Made by a program: the position numbers and the translations under genes
Notes under the pieces: model-generated
Database searches by the model: none
What the model was told of the DNA's origin: nothing
The model's input: the letters and a program-made list of their open reading frames with translations, nothing else
Assembly: GCA_963691875.1 (NCBI GenBank)
Contig: OY829846.1
Span: 2,208,001-2,272,000, forward strand
Direction of reading: 5' to 3'
Length of the DNA: 64,000 bases
From: Aureliella sp.
GTDB lineage: Bacteria > Planctomycetota > Planctomycetia > Pirellulales > Pirellulaceae
Part shown: positions 52,542 to 62,891 of the stretch, piece by piece
Layout of the letters: every line of letters begins with the position of its first letter
Position numbering within the stretch: the first letter of the stretch is position 1

Positions 52542-54464
52542 ATGGCCCCTCCACTTTCTCGTTTCACCGGCGTCATCGCATTGGTACTCGTCGCCTTCTC
52601 CTTCATTGTGTTCGCCAGTAATCTGCAAGCAGCCGATCGTCCGAATATCGTGTGGCTGATCTCAGAAGACAATTCCATTCACTACATGGATCTCTACGAC
52701 GAGCACGGAACTAGCACGCCTCGCATCGCGGAACTGGCCAGGCATGGCCTGCAGTTCCAAAACGCATTCTCCAATGCGCCAGTTTGCTCTGTCGCGCGTA
52801 CGACGCTTATGACTTCGTGCTATGGCCCGCGGATCGGCACGCAATTTCACCGGCGGAGTGTGACGGTCCCGATGCCGAGCGACGTCAAGATGTTCCCTGC
52901 CTACCTCCGTGAAGCAGGCTACTACACGACGAACAATCAGAAGAAAGATTACAACGCAGTAGAAACGGAAGGCACTTGGGATGCATCCAATGGCAAAGCA
53001 TCCTGGCGGGGACGCAGAGAGGGACAGCCTTTCTTCCACATGCAGAGCTTTGGCACAACCCACGAAAGCTCGCTGCACTTTTCACAGAATGCCTATGAGA
53101 ACAAAAAGACAAAAACTGATCCAAGTAGTGTTTTCGTTCAGCCCTACTTTCCGCAGACAGATCTATTCCGCTACACGGTCGCGAAGTACCACGACAACAT
53201 GCAGGCTGTGGACCAGCAGATCGGAGCGGTCGTTGATAGGTTGAAAGAAGATGGATTGCTCGACGATACGTTCATTTTCTACTTCGGCGATCACGGTGGC
53301 GTGTTGCCGCGCGGTAAGGGCTACGCGTACGAAAGTGGCCTGCATGTGCCGCTGGTCGTATACGTACCGGAAAACTTCAAGCATCTCGCTTCCTGGGACA
53401 TCGGTTCTAAAGTCGACAGCTTTGTGGAGTTCATTGACTTTGGTGCCACGACATTGAACTTAGCTAGTGTCGAACCAGTCGCTGCGGCTGACGGCAAGCC
53501 GTTTCTCGGCGAGGGGCTCAAGAAGCCAGAACTCGATGCAAGGAACTCCGCTTTTGGCTACGCCGATCGCTTTGACGAAAAATACGATTTGGTCCGCACT
53601 TTGCGAGTTGGCAATTACGAATACATTCGCAACTACCAACCCTTCAATTTTGATGGCTTACAGAACAACTATCGCTATATCATGCTTGCCTATCGTGAAT
53701 GGCGAGAACTGTATCAGGCAGGTGAGCTCAACAAAGAGCAGAGCCTGTTTTTTGAAACGAGACCAACGGAGCAACTTTTTGACATTGAGTCCGACCCTTA
53801 CGAGGTCAATGATCTAGCCCAGGATCCAAATTACGCGTCGGTGCTCAAAAGAATGCGGAAGCAACTGCAGGAGAGAGTCCTAGCTTTGCCCGATTTGAGT
53901 TTCATCCCCGAAAGCATGCTGGCCGAAAAGGCGTTCGATGATCCAGTTGCTTTTGGCAGGACCAATCGGGGCAAGATCGCTCAGTACATCAATATCGCCG
54001 ACATGTCTTTACTGCCGATTCGTCAGGCTCGCGCTGGCATCACGCTGGCTCTCAGCTCAAATGATCCGATTGAACGCTACTGGGCTTTGATCGCTTGCAG
54101 CTGTTTTGGCGAGGAAGCTGCATCTTTCGAACCATCAGCGAGAAGCCTACTAAACGACAAGAATCTCTTGGTTCGCACTCGTGCGGCCGAGTTCTTGGCG
54201 TTGATTGGCAAAGCCGACCCTGCCGAGACTCTGATGCAATGCCTTAAACAAAGTGAGTCGGGCATTCAAACAAATCTGATTCTGAACACTGCTGTTCTGC
54301 TTCGAGATGGTAAGCCTGGTTACGATATCAACGTCACCGTCGAAGACATCCATCCAGAAGCCGCGAAGTTCCAGGACGTGAGGCGCCGCCTCGCGTACTT
54401 TGCGGCAAAAGACGGGATTCCTCAGAACCCGCGCGGAGTACAGTCCAAGAAACGCGAGAAGTAG
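52542..54464 (+). CDS. Sulfatase family protein with HEAT-like tail
   Basis: RPNIVW, APVCSVART (variant motif), GDHGG, EQLFDIESDP, ERYWALIA, VRTRAAEFL. Confidence 0.9.
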   Translation: MAPPLSRFTGVIALVLVAFSFIVFASNLQAADRPNIVWLISEDNSIHYMDLYDEHGTSTPRIAELARHGLQFQNAFSNAPVCSVARTTLMTSCYGPRIGTQFHRRSVTVPMPSDVKMFPAYLREAGYYTTNNQKKDYNAVETEGTWDASNGKASWRGRREGQPFFHMQSFGTTHESSLHFSQNAYENKKTKTDPSSVFVQPYFPQTDLFRYTVAKYHDNMQAVDQQIGAVVDRLKEDGLLDDTFIFYFGDHGGVLPRGKGYAYESGLHVPLVVYVPENFKHLASWDIGSKVDSFVEFIDFGATTLNLASVEPVAAADGKPFLGEGLKKPELDARNSAFGYADRFDEKYDLVRTLRVGNYEYIRNYQPFNFDGLQNNYRYIMLAYREWRELYQAGELNKEQSLFFETRPTEQLFDIESDPYEVNDLAQDPNYASVLKRMRKQLQERVLALPDLSFIPESMLAEKAFDDPVAFGRTNRGKIAQYINIADMSLLPIRQARAGITLALSSNDPIERYWALIACSCFGEEAASFEPSARSLLNDKNLLVRTRAAEFLALIGKADPAETLMQCLKQSESGIQTNLILNTAVLLRDGKPGYDINVTVEDIHPEAAKFQDVRRRLAYFAAKDGIPQNPRGVQSKKREK

Positions 54465-54633
54465 GCGCGTGTCAGAATACAATCTGTAGAACTTAACGAG
54501 CAAGACTCTGTTACGGCTCTGCATCATCGGTAGATTGACACTTCTCGGCGCAGCAAAATTCCTGCTACAGCGGGCAGATTGCATCAAGAAGGGGGCGCGT
54601 GCTGGCGTTACGATAGCGGAGCGATCGGCGACT

Positions 54634-54987
54634 CTATTCGGCATCCGGCTCGGGTTCAAACAAAGTGCAAATCACGCCAGCAGGATCAGCGATCATGCAG
54701 TACCAGGCTGCTCCCGCGCAGCGGATCGCATCTTTGATCTCTCCGCCGTTGTCTTGAACGGCTTTCAAGCTTGCATCTAGATCGTCCACGTTGATGTAAA
54801 TCATCCACTCCGGAGGAATATCAGCGTTCGGACCGCGCGCGTCGCAGATGCCCGCTACGACATTCTTCTCGTCCGGACCTACGAATAAGTCGTCATAGTC
54901 TTCGACCGGAAATTCCAACTTGGACCATCCAGCCACTCTTCCGTAAAAATCACTCACCTCACGAGCGTTCTCCACGGCAAGGTCCAT
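54634..54987 (-). CDS. VOC (glyoxalase/bleomycin resistance) family protein
   Basis: DFY..V.GW, VAGIC, WMIYINVDDLD, IADPAG; the true start may lie slightly upstream. Confidence 0.85.
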   Translation of the reverse strand: MDLAVENAREVSDFYGRVAGWSKLEFPVEDYDDLFVGPDEKNVVAGICDARGPNADIPPEWMIYINVDDLDASLKAVQDNGGEIKDAIRCAGAAWYCMIADPAGVICTLFEPEPDAE

Positions 54988-55147
54988 CCATTCGACGCAC
55001 CCAAGTCTTTCACTTCTCGGCTTATTCCCTCGCCGAGCTCTTTCTTTTAAGAAACTAGAATCACAGCCCGACGCATGAGCGAAGATTGCCGCTCAGCGAG
55101 CGGGAAACGCACTGTCCATCCGGTCGATTACGCTCTCGATTGCGAGA

Positions 55148-56386
55148 CTATTCTGACCTGTCCCCAAACTCCTCATACCGCTCTCGAACACCCGGGATAA
55201 TACGAAAAGCGTTCTCGAAATAAACCTTTTTCAGAACTTCATCTGGCAGATAGACTCCGTAAATTCGCCAAAAACCTTGCGGCGGAAAAGGCTTTTCGGA
55301 GTAAGGGAAATACTCATCCTGTGTTTCCAGAAATCGCCAGTAGTATCGATATCGTTGCTCGGGCCAGGGGCCATCCGTGCCGAACATGATTCTATCCTGA
55401 TTGCGGATCAGAAACTCGCGAGCAGAGTAAGGTTGACGACCAAGTTCGCTGATTCGCGATGCGATTTCCAATACGACATTAGGATGTTGCGTCAGTAGGT
55501 CTTCCGCTTGCTGAAGATCCTCACCGTCATTGCCCAAATGCGCGGCGATAAATGTCGTTTGTGGGTGCTTTGCATACAGACGACTCCGCGCAGCGTGCAG
55601 ATCATCGCGGCCCGGGAACTTCTCTGGCGGGAAATGCCAATCCGGATGTCGGGACAACTCTTCGTATCGCTCGTTCTCCGGAGTGATCGGATCAAAGAAC
55701 GCACTCGGATCCGCCGTATGTATAATTACGGGCAAGCCCAAGCGCCCACAAGCTTGCCAAATGCGATCGAAACGCGAATCGTCCACCTCGATGAGCGTGC
55801 CATCGGGGTTGCGGTAGGCGAGGCCAAACATTTTAAAGACCTTAACGCCACTAATCCCCTTCTCTGCAGCATCTTCTAATTGCATCACGGTGCGTCGAGC
55901 AAAATCGGGTTGATGACAGTCCCAGGTTTCTGGCTTATCGCGCTGGCCTTTGCCAATCCAATCGATATTCGCAAAGATCGCAAATCGCGAGCGATATTCT
56001 GTCCACAGGTATTTCATGTGTGCGTCGAGACGATCACCGAGTCGTCCATCGAGGCTCACCGAAACTGCAATCTGATTGCGGTCCATCAATGCAACGAAAG
56101 CTTTCAGTTGCTGAGGATCATGACGCAAGCGAATGTAAAAATGCGAGTGCACGTCGATGACGGGAAACTTGGCGTGCTGCAAGTCGGTAAATTTTCCGCG
56201 CAGTTTTGGCTTCGGAAAGAACTTGGCCAAGGGCAGATCAGCTTGGCTTTCGAACTCTGGCGACTCTTGTCCAGAAAGCCTATTGCTATGGAAATTCGCC
56301 AGTACGCAAACCATCAAGCCGATCAGGAACGGCAACCGCGAGTACCTACGCTGACTTGCTTGGCGACGTACAATGGTCCTCGGCAT
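55148..56386 (-). CDS. Amidohydrolase family protein
   Basis: VIDVHSH, GVK, PVIIHTADP, IAAH, RIMFGTD. Confidence 0.9.
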   Translation of the reverse strand: MPRTIVRRQASQRRYSRLPFLIGLMVCVLANFHSNRLSGQESPEFESQADLPLAKFFPKPKLRGKFTDLQHAKFPVIDVHSHFYIRLRHDPQQLKAFVALMDRNQIAVSVSLDGRLGDRLDAHMKYLWTEYRSRFAIFANIDWIGKGQRDKPETWDCHQPDFARRTVMQLEDAAEKGISGVKVFKMFGLAYRNPDGTLIEVDDSRFDRIWQACGRLGLPVIIHTADPSAFFDPITPENERYEELSRHPDWHFPPEKFPGRDDLHAARSRLYAKHPQTTFIAAHLGNDGEDLQQAEDLLTQHPNVVLEIASRISELGRQPYSAREFLIRNQDRIMFGTDGPWPEQRYRYYWRFLETQDEYFPYSEKPFPPQGFWRIYGVYLPDEVLKKVYFENAFRIIPGVRERYEEFGDRSE

Positions 56387-56435
56387 GCAAATGCTCTCCA
56401 GGTAACGCGAACAAATATCAAAAGCGATCTAGCCA

Positions 56436-57518
56436 GTGGACCTTCCTAAGTACGATCCCCAGCAAAGTTATCAATGGAATTATGATAACGCACCGAGTCC
56501 GGATAGCGCAGCGGAATTGCAGTGCGAGGATTCGGTTCTCGATGAGTTCTTTGCCAGGGGGACTTGGACCTATTGCGGCCTACCTTCTCTCTCACCCATC
56601 GGCATGCCGGCCGGTCCGCTGCTTAATGGGAAGTGGTTGCTCTACTACGCAAATCTTGGTTTCGATGTGTTGACCTACAAGACCGTTCGCAGCCGAAAGC
56701 GAGCCTGTTATCCGTTACCGAACTTGCAGCCTATTCAAGAACAAGTCGTACACCCGAACCAGCGAGTTCACGCTAGTCACAAATCGGACAGTTGGGCGAT
56801 CTCGTTTGGAATGCCATCGATGGCGCCCGAGGTTTGGCGAAACGATCTGGAATGGACACGTGAGCAATTGCCAGAAGGTAAGATCTTGAGTGTCTCCGTG
56901 GTAGCCACGGCTGAGCCAGACTGGACGCTGGAACAAGTTGCCGACGACTACGCTCAATGCGCCAGATGGGCCGCCGAGAGTGGAGCGGAATGTGTCGAGC
57001 TGAATTTTTCTTGTCCCAATGTCGCATCCGTGGACGGACAACTGGATCGAGATCCTGCTTCGGCAAGACAAATTTTGGAGCATGTCCGGAGCTTGATTCC
57101 CGAAACGAAGCTCTTGATCAAAGTCGGGTTCATTGACGAGCCTCAGCAAGCGCTGGAACTCTTAAGCGCCACCACCGGTTTACTAGATGGGATTGCGACG
57201 ACCAACTGCTTGGCTTGCTCGGTTCAAGCGAATCCGGGTGAGCTGAGTGAGATTTCAGGGCTTTTGTTTGAAGGTGAGAAGCGTGGGATTGGCGGAGCAG
57301 CTATTCGATACGCCGCGGTCGACCAAGTGGCCTTACTGCGAAGCTGCATTGATGAATTGCAACTGCCGATTTCAGTGATCGGTGTCGGAGGTGTCTCCAC
57401 ACGAGAACACGTTAAAGCGTCGCTAGAGGCGGGCGCTGAATCGGTTCAGCTTGCTACTGCCGCAATGCTAGATCCATTGGTGGGCTTGAGGCTGAAGAAC
57501 TTGCTGCCAGCGCAATGA
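56436..57518 (+). CDS. Dihydroorotate dehydrogenase-like FMN TIM barrel
   Basis: PIGMPAGP, GFDVLTYKTVRS, ELNFSCPN, LLIKVG, IGVGGV, AGAESVQLAT. Confidence 0.85.
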   Translation: MDLPKYDPQQSYQWNYDNAPSPDSAAELQCEDSVLDEFFARGTWTYCGLPSLSPIGMPAGPLLNGKWLLYYANLGFDVLTYKTVRSRKRACYPLPNLQPIQEQVVHPNQRVHASHKSDSWAISFGMPSMAPEVWRNDLEWTREQLPEGKILSVSVVATAEPDWTLEQVADDYAQCARWAAESGAECVELNFSCPNVASVDGQLDRDPASARQILEHVRSLIPETKLLIKVGFIDEPQQALELLSATTGLLDGIATTNCLACSVQANPGELSEISGLLFEGEKRGIGGAAIRYAAVDQVALLRSCIDELQLPISVIGVGGVSTREHVKASLEAGAESVQLATAAMLDPLVGLRLKNLLPAQ

Positions 57519-57721
57519 GGCTTTCATTCGAGCTCGGATGATTTGTCCGTTATCGAAAAGAAGTGAAGACTCGAGCACCGCCTCGCTGAGTCCGAGTAAG
57601 AGCACCGCCAATGTTCGTGCTCCTAGTCTTCAAAAGCTCTTAAGAAAAACGTTTCGGGTCACACAGCCGTCACCCCAAAATTGATTCCGTATCAACGCTG
57701 GCCTACGAAGATAGGTTGTCT

Positions 57722-57961
57722 TCATAGGTGCGTTGGCCACTCCGTGACGGGTGGATCGACCACGCTAGAGTCAGCTTCGTAATGAAGCATCTGTTTGGCG
57801 GAGCCTTCCATCTCAGGCTCTTGAACCTCCTGCGAATAACCGCAGGGGCCATAGTGCTCAGCGTACTGGTGCGTGTCCTTGGTGGCGGCAAAAGACGCGT
57901 AAAGGGCAACCGGAACCAGTAGCAGGATCACGGCGACGATGATCGTTACAGTCCAATTCAT
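57722..57961 (-). CDS. Small membrane-anchored hypothetical protein
   Basis: AAGGAG RBS, ATG at 57961, N-terminal TM MNWTVTIIVAVILLLVPVALYA. Confidence 0.65.
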   Translation of the reverse strand: MNWTVTIIVAVILLLVPVALYASFAATKDTHQYAEHYGPCGYSQEVQEPEMEGSAKQMLHYEADSSVVDPPVTEWPTHL

Positions 57962-58274
57962 GTTTTGCTCCTTTCCATTAAGCGGGAGCTGCGAAACTTT
58001 CGACTTGCTCCTATGGCTAATGGTCGAAATCTTGGCCCGGCTAGTCGGTTTTCCCGTCAAAACCTTGTGAAAGCTTGGATTTGCAAGAAACAAGATGTCG
58101 GAAAACTCCGCGGAGAAGGCAAAAACATGCTTGCTGAAAACTAGCGTTAGCAACCCGACCAAGAAAACTGAAAAGAGCCGCTCCGTAGAAGACGTCAGAC
58201 TTTCCGCCTGATTGCCACGACAACCAAGGCGCCCCGACGCCTCGCGGCGATGCGGCTCACTAAACATAAAACCG

Positions 58275-59621
58275 CTATCCGCGGAGTCCCCATCGGATGA
58301 TTTCGGAAAGCTTGGGTGTCTTGCCCTGCCACAAAATACCAACTCGAAAAATGCGTCCGGCAAGCATGACGACAAAAACCGTCGCAAGCGAAGTGAGAAC
58401 AACACCTAGAATCGGTTGCCAGATTGGGATGGTCTGTCCCGTGCTCATACGTAGTAGCATTGTCGTTGGCGTGACGGGAGGAATGAGTGAGAACCAAGTG
58501 GCTACACTGCCATTCGGATCTTGCACAATGAAGATCCAAATGAACATTGGCGCCATCAATAACATCCAGACGGGAAGCAGCATCGACTGAGCTTCCTTCA
58601 GTTGTGTCACACTTGCCCCAACGGCTAGGAAGAGCGAAGCGTAGAAAAGCACGCCAAGCACTTGGAAGATGACGAACCAGGGTAAAGTAGCGACCGGGAA
58701 ACTCGCGGTATACCCCTGCTTCATGGCAACAAAGAAAATACCTGATGCGTAAATCGTGAAAATCGTCACCGAGCCAGCCACCGACCCCAAGAGCTTTCCG
58801 CTCATCAGTTGAAATGGATTCGCACTCCCGAGTAACACTTCAGCAATTCGCTGCGACTTCTCTTCCAAGACGCTTTCCAGCATTGGTTGCGAAGCCATGA
58901 AAATGATCATGAACATTAGCATCATCACGCCCATCGGCAGGAAGATCGCAGTCAGCTCGTCCTTTTCCTTAGCATCCGTCACACTGCCATCACTGGCTTG
59001 GCTCACTAGACCTAATCCTTGCACCTGAACAGGTAGACTTGCTTGAGCCACAATGGTTGGATCGATGTTCGCATTCGCGAGGCGTTCGTTCTTCACAGCG
59101 CCCGCAATGACGCCTTGAATCCATCGTCTGGCTGGTGAAAGCCCCGAGTCCTGCGAATAGAACTTGACTGGATTTTCCGTGGGCGAAGAAACGATGCCTT
59201 CCGGAATCTCAATAAATCCATATAGCTCCTGATTGCGTACTTTGTTGGAAAGTTCGATAAGCAACTCGTCTGTCAGTGGGCCTTCCTGTTTCTCGAGCAA
59301 AAACTTTTCGGCTTTGTTAAAGGAGGGTCCACCTCCACCGATGTCGGAATCTCCGCCCATTGGGTTTCCATTCTCATCGAACATTTCGTCGATCATCGTG
59401 TTGCGGCCGGCAGCGGCAACTTCAAGCACTGAATACATTTGACCGCTTGAATCGGCGACGACGATCTTGCGTTCTTTGACTTCGCCAACGTTGTTGAGAA
59501 GTCGAATCGCAAACAAACCGCCGAGCATCAAAATCGGCATCATTACGATGGATAGCAAGAATGTCTTTGTCGCCACCATGGCTTTGTATTCGCGGAGCGC
59601 GATAGTGAGAATTTTGTTCAT
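58275..59621 (-). CDS. ABC-2 type transporter permease (NatB/YhaP-like)
   Basis: IALREY, SVLEEKSQRIAEVLL, GKLLG, multiple TMs. Confidence 0.92.
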   Translation of the reverse strand: MNKILTIALREYKAMVATKTFLLSIVMMPILMLGGLFAIRLLNNVGEVKERKIVVADSSGQMYSVLEVAAAGRNTMIDEMFDENGNPMGGDSDIGGGGPSFNKAEKFLLEKQEGPLTDELLIELSNKVRNQELYGFIEIPEGIVSSPTENPVKFYSQDSGLSPARRWIQGVIAGAVKNERLANANIDPTIVAQASLPVQVQGLGLVSQASDGSVTDAKEKDELTAIFLPMGVMMLMFMIIFMASQPMLESVLEEKSQRIAEVLLGSANPFQLMSGKLLGSVAGSVTIFTIYASGIFFVAMKQGYTASFPVATLPWFVIFQVLGVLFYASLFLAVGASVTQLKEAQSMLLPVWMLLMAPMFIWIFIVQDPNGSVATWFSLIPPVTPTTMLLRMSTGQTIPIWQPILGVVLTSLATVFVVMLAGRIFRVGILWQGKTPKLSEIIRWGLRG

Positions 59622-60544
59622 GCTACCAACTCCTCGTTTTCCTCAGGCTGATTCTCGCTCGGCTTGGCGATACTGACAAAAATGTCGTGCAACGATGGCT
59701 TGACGATTTCGAAGTGCTGGAGATCGCCCGTTTGCACCAGCTGTTGCAACAATTCTTGCGATCTCGACGGATCGACAAGCTGAGCGTCAAAGTAACGACC
59801 TTTGGCTTGCAGCTGCTCAACACCAGAGATATCTGGCCACTCGCGTTGCTGGCCGAAAGCAACGCGAACACGATCGCTGGCATAATTGGCACGAATTTCG
59901 TTCATCGTGCCGTCGAGCACTTTGTTGCCTCGGAAGATCATGAATACCGAGTCGCACATTTGCTCGGCCATATCCATGTCGTGCGTAGAAAAGATGATTG
60001 TCGTACCATGTTCACGCAGAGAAAGGATCGCCTCTCGCAATGATTCCATGTTCACTGGATCTAGCCCGCTAAAGGGTTCGTCCAGAATCACCAATTCAGG
60101 TTTGGCAACGACGGCAGAAATAAACTGAATCTTCTGCGCCATGCCTTTCGAGAGTGAGTCGATTTTCTTGTTTACCCAATCGGTAGCTCCCAGACGCTCT
60201 AGCCACATGTCGATTTCGGGCTTGCAGTCCTTATACCCCTTGAGCTGCGCGTAGTAAGTCAGAAGCTCGCGGACTTTCATCCGTTTGTAGAGCCCCCGTT
60301 CTTCGGGCAGGTAGCCAAGCCGATCGTCGGCTGTATCCCCTTGAGGCCTGCCGAGTACGACGACTTCGCCGGAATCCGGCTGAAAGATTCGCAATATCAT
60401 TCGTAGCGTTGTCGTCTTGCCGCTACCGTTTGGGCCGATAAAGCCGTAGATGGAACCTTGAGGAACTGTCAGATCGACGTCGTTTACAGCGACGTTCTTT
60501 CCGAAGGTCTTCCTGACGCGACGGAGTTCTATTGCATTTGTCAT
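59618..60544 (-). CDS. ABC transporter ATP-binding protein (NatA/YhaQ-like)
   Basis: GPNGSGKTT, GYLPEERGLY, LSKGMAQK, ILDEPFSGLDP, FSTH. Confidence 0.95.
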   Translation of the reverse strand: MTNAIELRRVRKTFGKNVAVNDVDLTVPQGSIYGFIGPNGSGKTTTLRMILRIFQPDSGEVVVLGRPQGDTADDRLGYLPEERGLYKRMKVRELLTYYAQLKGYKDCKPEIDMWLERLGATDWVNKKIDSLSKGMAQKIQFISAVVAKPELVILDEPFSGLDPVNMESLREAILSLREHGTTIIFSTHDMDMAEQMCDSVFMIFRGNKVLDGTMNEIRANYASDRVRVAFGQQREWPDISGVEQLQAKGRYFDAQLVDPSRSQELLQQLVQTGDLQHFEIVKPSLHDIFVSIAKPSENQPEENEELVA

Positions 60545-60974
60545 TAGAGGTCGGATGAGAGAAGGATTAACGAGCCAAATCTTACGGAGATTTTTGGTCT
60601 TTGATGAATCGAGGATTCGCCACGTCGGCATATTGGCCTATAAAACGCATTTGAAAGGCGCGAAAACTAGCGACAAAAGCGACATCGCTTGACTCTTCTA
60701 CTGCGCTCGTCTGTTACTTAGTGAGGTTCACAGAAGACCCTTCGCTCCGCCACACAACATCTTGGTAAACTGCGTACCGCCGTCTCTAAGGCCCCGAAAA
60801 TCGGATTTGACTCGAACTTGAATCTCAGAACTTCTGCTGCACGCAGGTTCCAAGAAGGACTAATAGCAAAGTCCACTACGTCAGTTGGTGTTAAGCGTTA
60901 CAATGCTCGATAATCGCTTGCGTGAAGCAGACCGCGCACGAGTGCTTTGAAGCCAACCTTCTCGGAAGACCACA

Positions 60975-61895
60975 GTGCCCAAAATTCGGATTGGAACTAG
61001 AGGAAGCAAGCTTGCGATGTGGCAGGCTGAATGGGTCGCTGGCCAGTTGACCGAGCGGGGAAATGAAGTTGAGCTAATTCAAATTTCCACCAAGGGCGAC
61101 GTTTCGCAGGCATCCTTGAGCCAGGTTGGCGGGCAGGGCCTGTTCACCAAAGAGATTCAGAATGAACTTCTCGCCGGCAACGTGGATGTTGCCGTTCACA
61201 GTTTGAAGGATCTTCCTACGGTTGAAGTCCCAGAACTAGAGCTGGCCGCGGTGCCCCAGCGCGAGACGACACTCGATTGTCTTGTGAGCCGCAAGAATCT
61301 GAAATTTGAAGAGCTTCCGCCAGGCTCAATAGTTGGGACAGGTAGCAGCCGTCGGGGTGCACAGCTGTCGGCTTGGCGTGGCGATATTGCAATCAAGGAC
61401 ATCCGTGGCAATGTCGATTCCCGGCTGCGCAAACTCAAGGAAGGACAATACGACGCCATTGTCCTCGCCGCAGCCGGACTCACGAGACTTGGCCTTTACG
61501 AAGAAGTAACGGAAGAACTTTCCCAAGAGCGAGTCCTACCCGCAATCGGGCAAGGTGCTCTAGGGTTAGAATGTCGAGCGGATGACGATTCCACCAAAGA
61601 CGCTTTGACGGGACTCAATCATGAGCCGAGCTTCCATGCTGTTATGGCGGAAAGACAATTGCTCGCGAGCTTGCTAGCCGGTTGCTTGGCGCCAGTCGCA
61701 GCTTTGGGATCGGTCGTTCATGAACAGCTTCAACTAAAGGCGCGTGTCCTCAATACGGAGGGTAGCGAGCTGATTGAAGGTGCTCAAAGCGGAACGCCAG
61801 AGCAAGCCAAACAAATCGGCGAAGGGCTGGCAGAAAGCTTGCGTTCTCAGGGTGCTGAGGAGCTAATCGCCACCGTAAGGCAAGTCGAACAATAA
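60975..61895 (+). CDS. hemC: Hydroxymethylbilane synthase (porphobilinogen deaminase)
   Basis: IRIGTRGSKLAMWQ, GLFTKE, AVHSLKDLP, GTGSSRR, RGNVDSR, PAIGQGALG, GC. Confidence 0.97.
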   Translation: MPKIRIGTRGSKLAMWQAEWVAGQLTERGNEVELIQISTKGDVSQASLSQVGGQGLFTKEIQNELLAGNVDVAVHSLKDLPTVEVPELELAAVPQRETTLDCLVSRKNLKFEELPPGSIVGTGSSRRGAQLSAWRGDIAIKDIRGNVDSRLRKLKEGQYDAIVLAAAGLTRLGLYEEVTEELSQERVLPAIGQGALGLECRADDDSTKDALTGLNHEPSFHAVMAERQLLASLLAGCLAPVAALGSVVHEQLQLKARVLNTEGSELIEGAQSGTPEQAKQIGEGLAESLRSQGAEELIATVRQVEQ

Positions 61896-61922
61896 AGCAT
61901 TCGCTGAACGGACAGTCGAACC

Positions 61923-62708
61923 ATGTTGCAAGAACCACCCCGAAGCCCATACGACCTCAACTTTACGTTTTTGGGCTATCCCGTTCGCGTCTTTTGGGGG
62001 TTCTGGGTCTTGGCGGCGATTGTCGGCTACGACTGGAGTAGAGTACGTGATGCCGAGTTGGGGCAGTTTCAGTTAGAGCCACTGGGTGCGCCGGTGTGTC
62101 TGGCGATTTGGATCGCAGCCCTTTTCCTTTCCATTTTGGTGCACGAATTGGGACATTCGATCGCTTTTGCTCGATTCGGAGTGAGAGCCAATATCGTTTT
62201 GTACCACTTTGGAGGACTAGCCATTCCCAATTCCTTTGGCAGCTGGTCGGGAGCAAGGCAGGGACATGTTGGGCCGCGAGAAAACATGATTATCGCTGCA
62301 GCTGGCCCCGCATTTCAACTTGCTTTGGGCGGAGTAGCAATTCTGATTGCTTACGCGCTTAAAGTCCCCTTGTATCTGCCCATCATTAACTGGTTCTTCG
62401 CGGAAACAACTCCCCAATCGGGAATCGCCTTTGTTGCTCTCAATGCCATTGTATATCCGAGTATTGCTTGGGCCGTACTCAATTTGATCCCGGTCTTTCC
62501 TTTGGACGGAGGGCAGATACTTCGTGGATACTTGATGCAGACCAACGTTGCGAACCCGCAGTACACCACTCACATGATCTCGGTCGCTTGTGGTGCAGCC
62601 TTTGGTTTATACCTACTGATGAATGGTGAGTTCTTCGGAATCATGTTTCTGCTATTTGCTGCCAACAATTTCCAACAGATGCAATACGGCGGTCAGAATC
62701 CCTGGTAA
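61923..62708 (+). CDS. Site-2 protease (M50) family protein
   Basis: LVHELGH, AAAGP, NLIPVFPLDGG. Confidence 0.92.
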   Translation: MLQEPPRSPYDLNFTFLGYPVRVFWGFWVLAAIVGYDWSRVRDAELGQFQLEPLGAPVCLAIWIAALFLSILVHELGHSIAFARFGVRANIVLYHFGGLAIPNSFGSWSGARQGHVGPRENMIIAAAGPAFQLALGGVAILIAYALKVPLYLPIINWFFAETTPQSGIAFVALNAIVYPSIAWAVLNLIPVFPLDGGQILRGYLMQTNVANPQYTTHMISVACGAAFGLYLLMNGEFFGIMFLLFAANNFQQMQYGGQNPW

Positions 62709-62826
62709 CCGAAGCAAGATTCAAGTACTTGTTCTTGCACTTGGAGTGCGTTGTGAATGCAAAGATAGGAAGTTTGAAAGTTAGATTTTGAAGCTTTCGC
62801 ATTCAATAAAAGATCTAAGTGGAAAA

Positions 62827-62891
62827 TTTGTCAAAAATATATGTTATTTTTGTCGAAAACATATTGCATCGTACGATCAACATCGTACAAA
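62827..62891 (+). promoter_or_regulatory. Putative promoter with tandem repeats upstream of the histone-like gene
   Basis: TTTGTCAAAAATATAT (62827-62842) and TTTGTCGAAAACATAT (62849-62864); TTGCAT-N16-TACAAA; CATCGTAC twice. Confidence 0.5.

Noticed and set aside
57573..57609. GAGCACCGCC direct repeat (2 copies, 27-nt period)
   Set aside because: Only two short copies between convergent genes; not enough to support a call.
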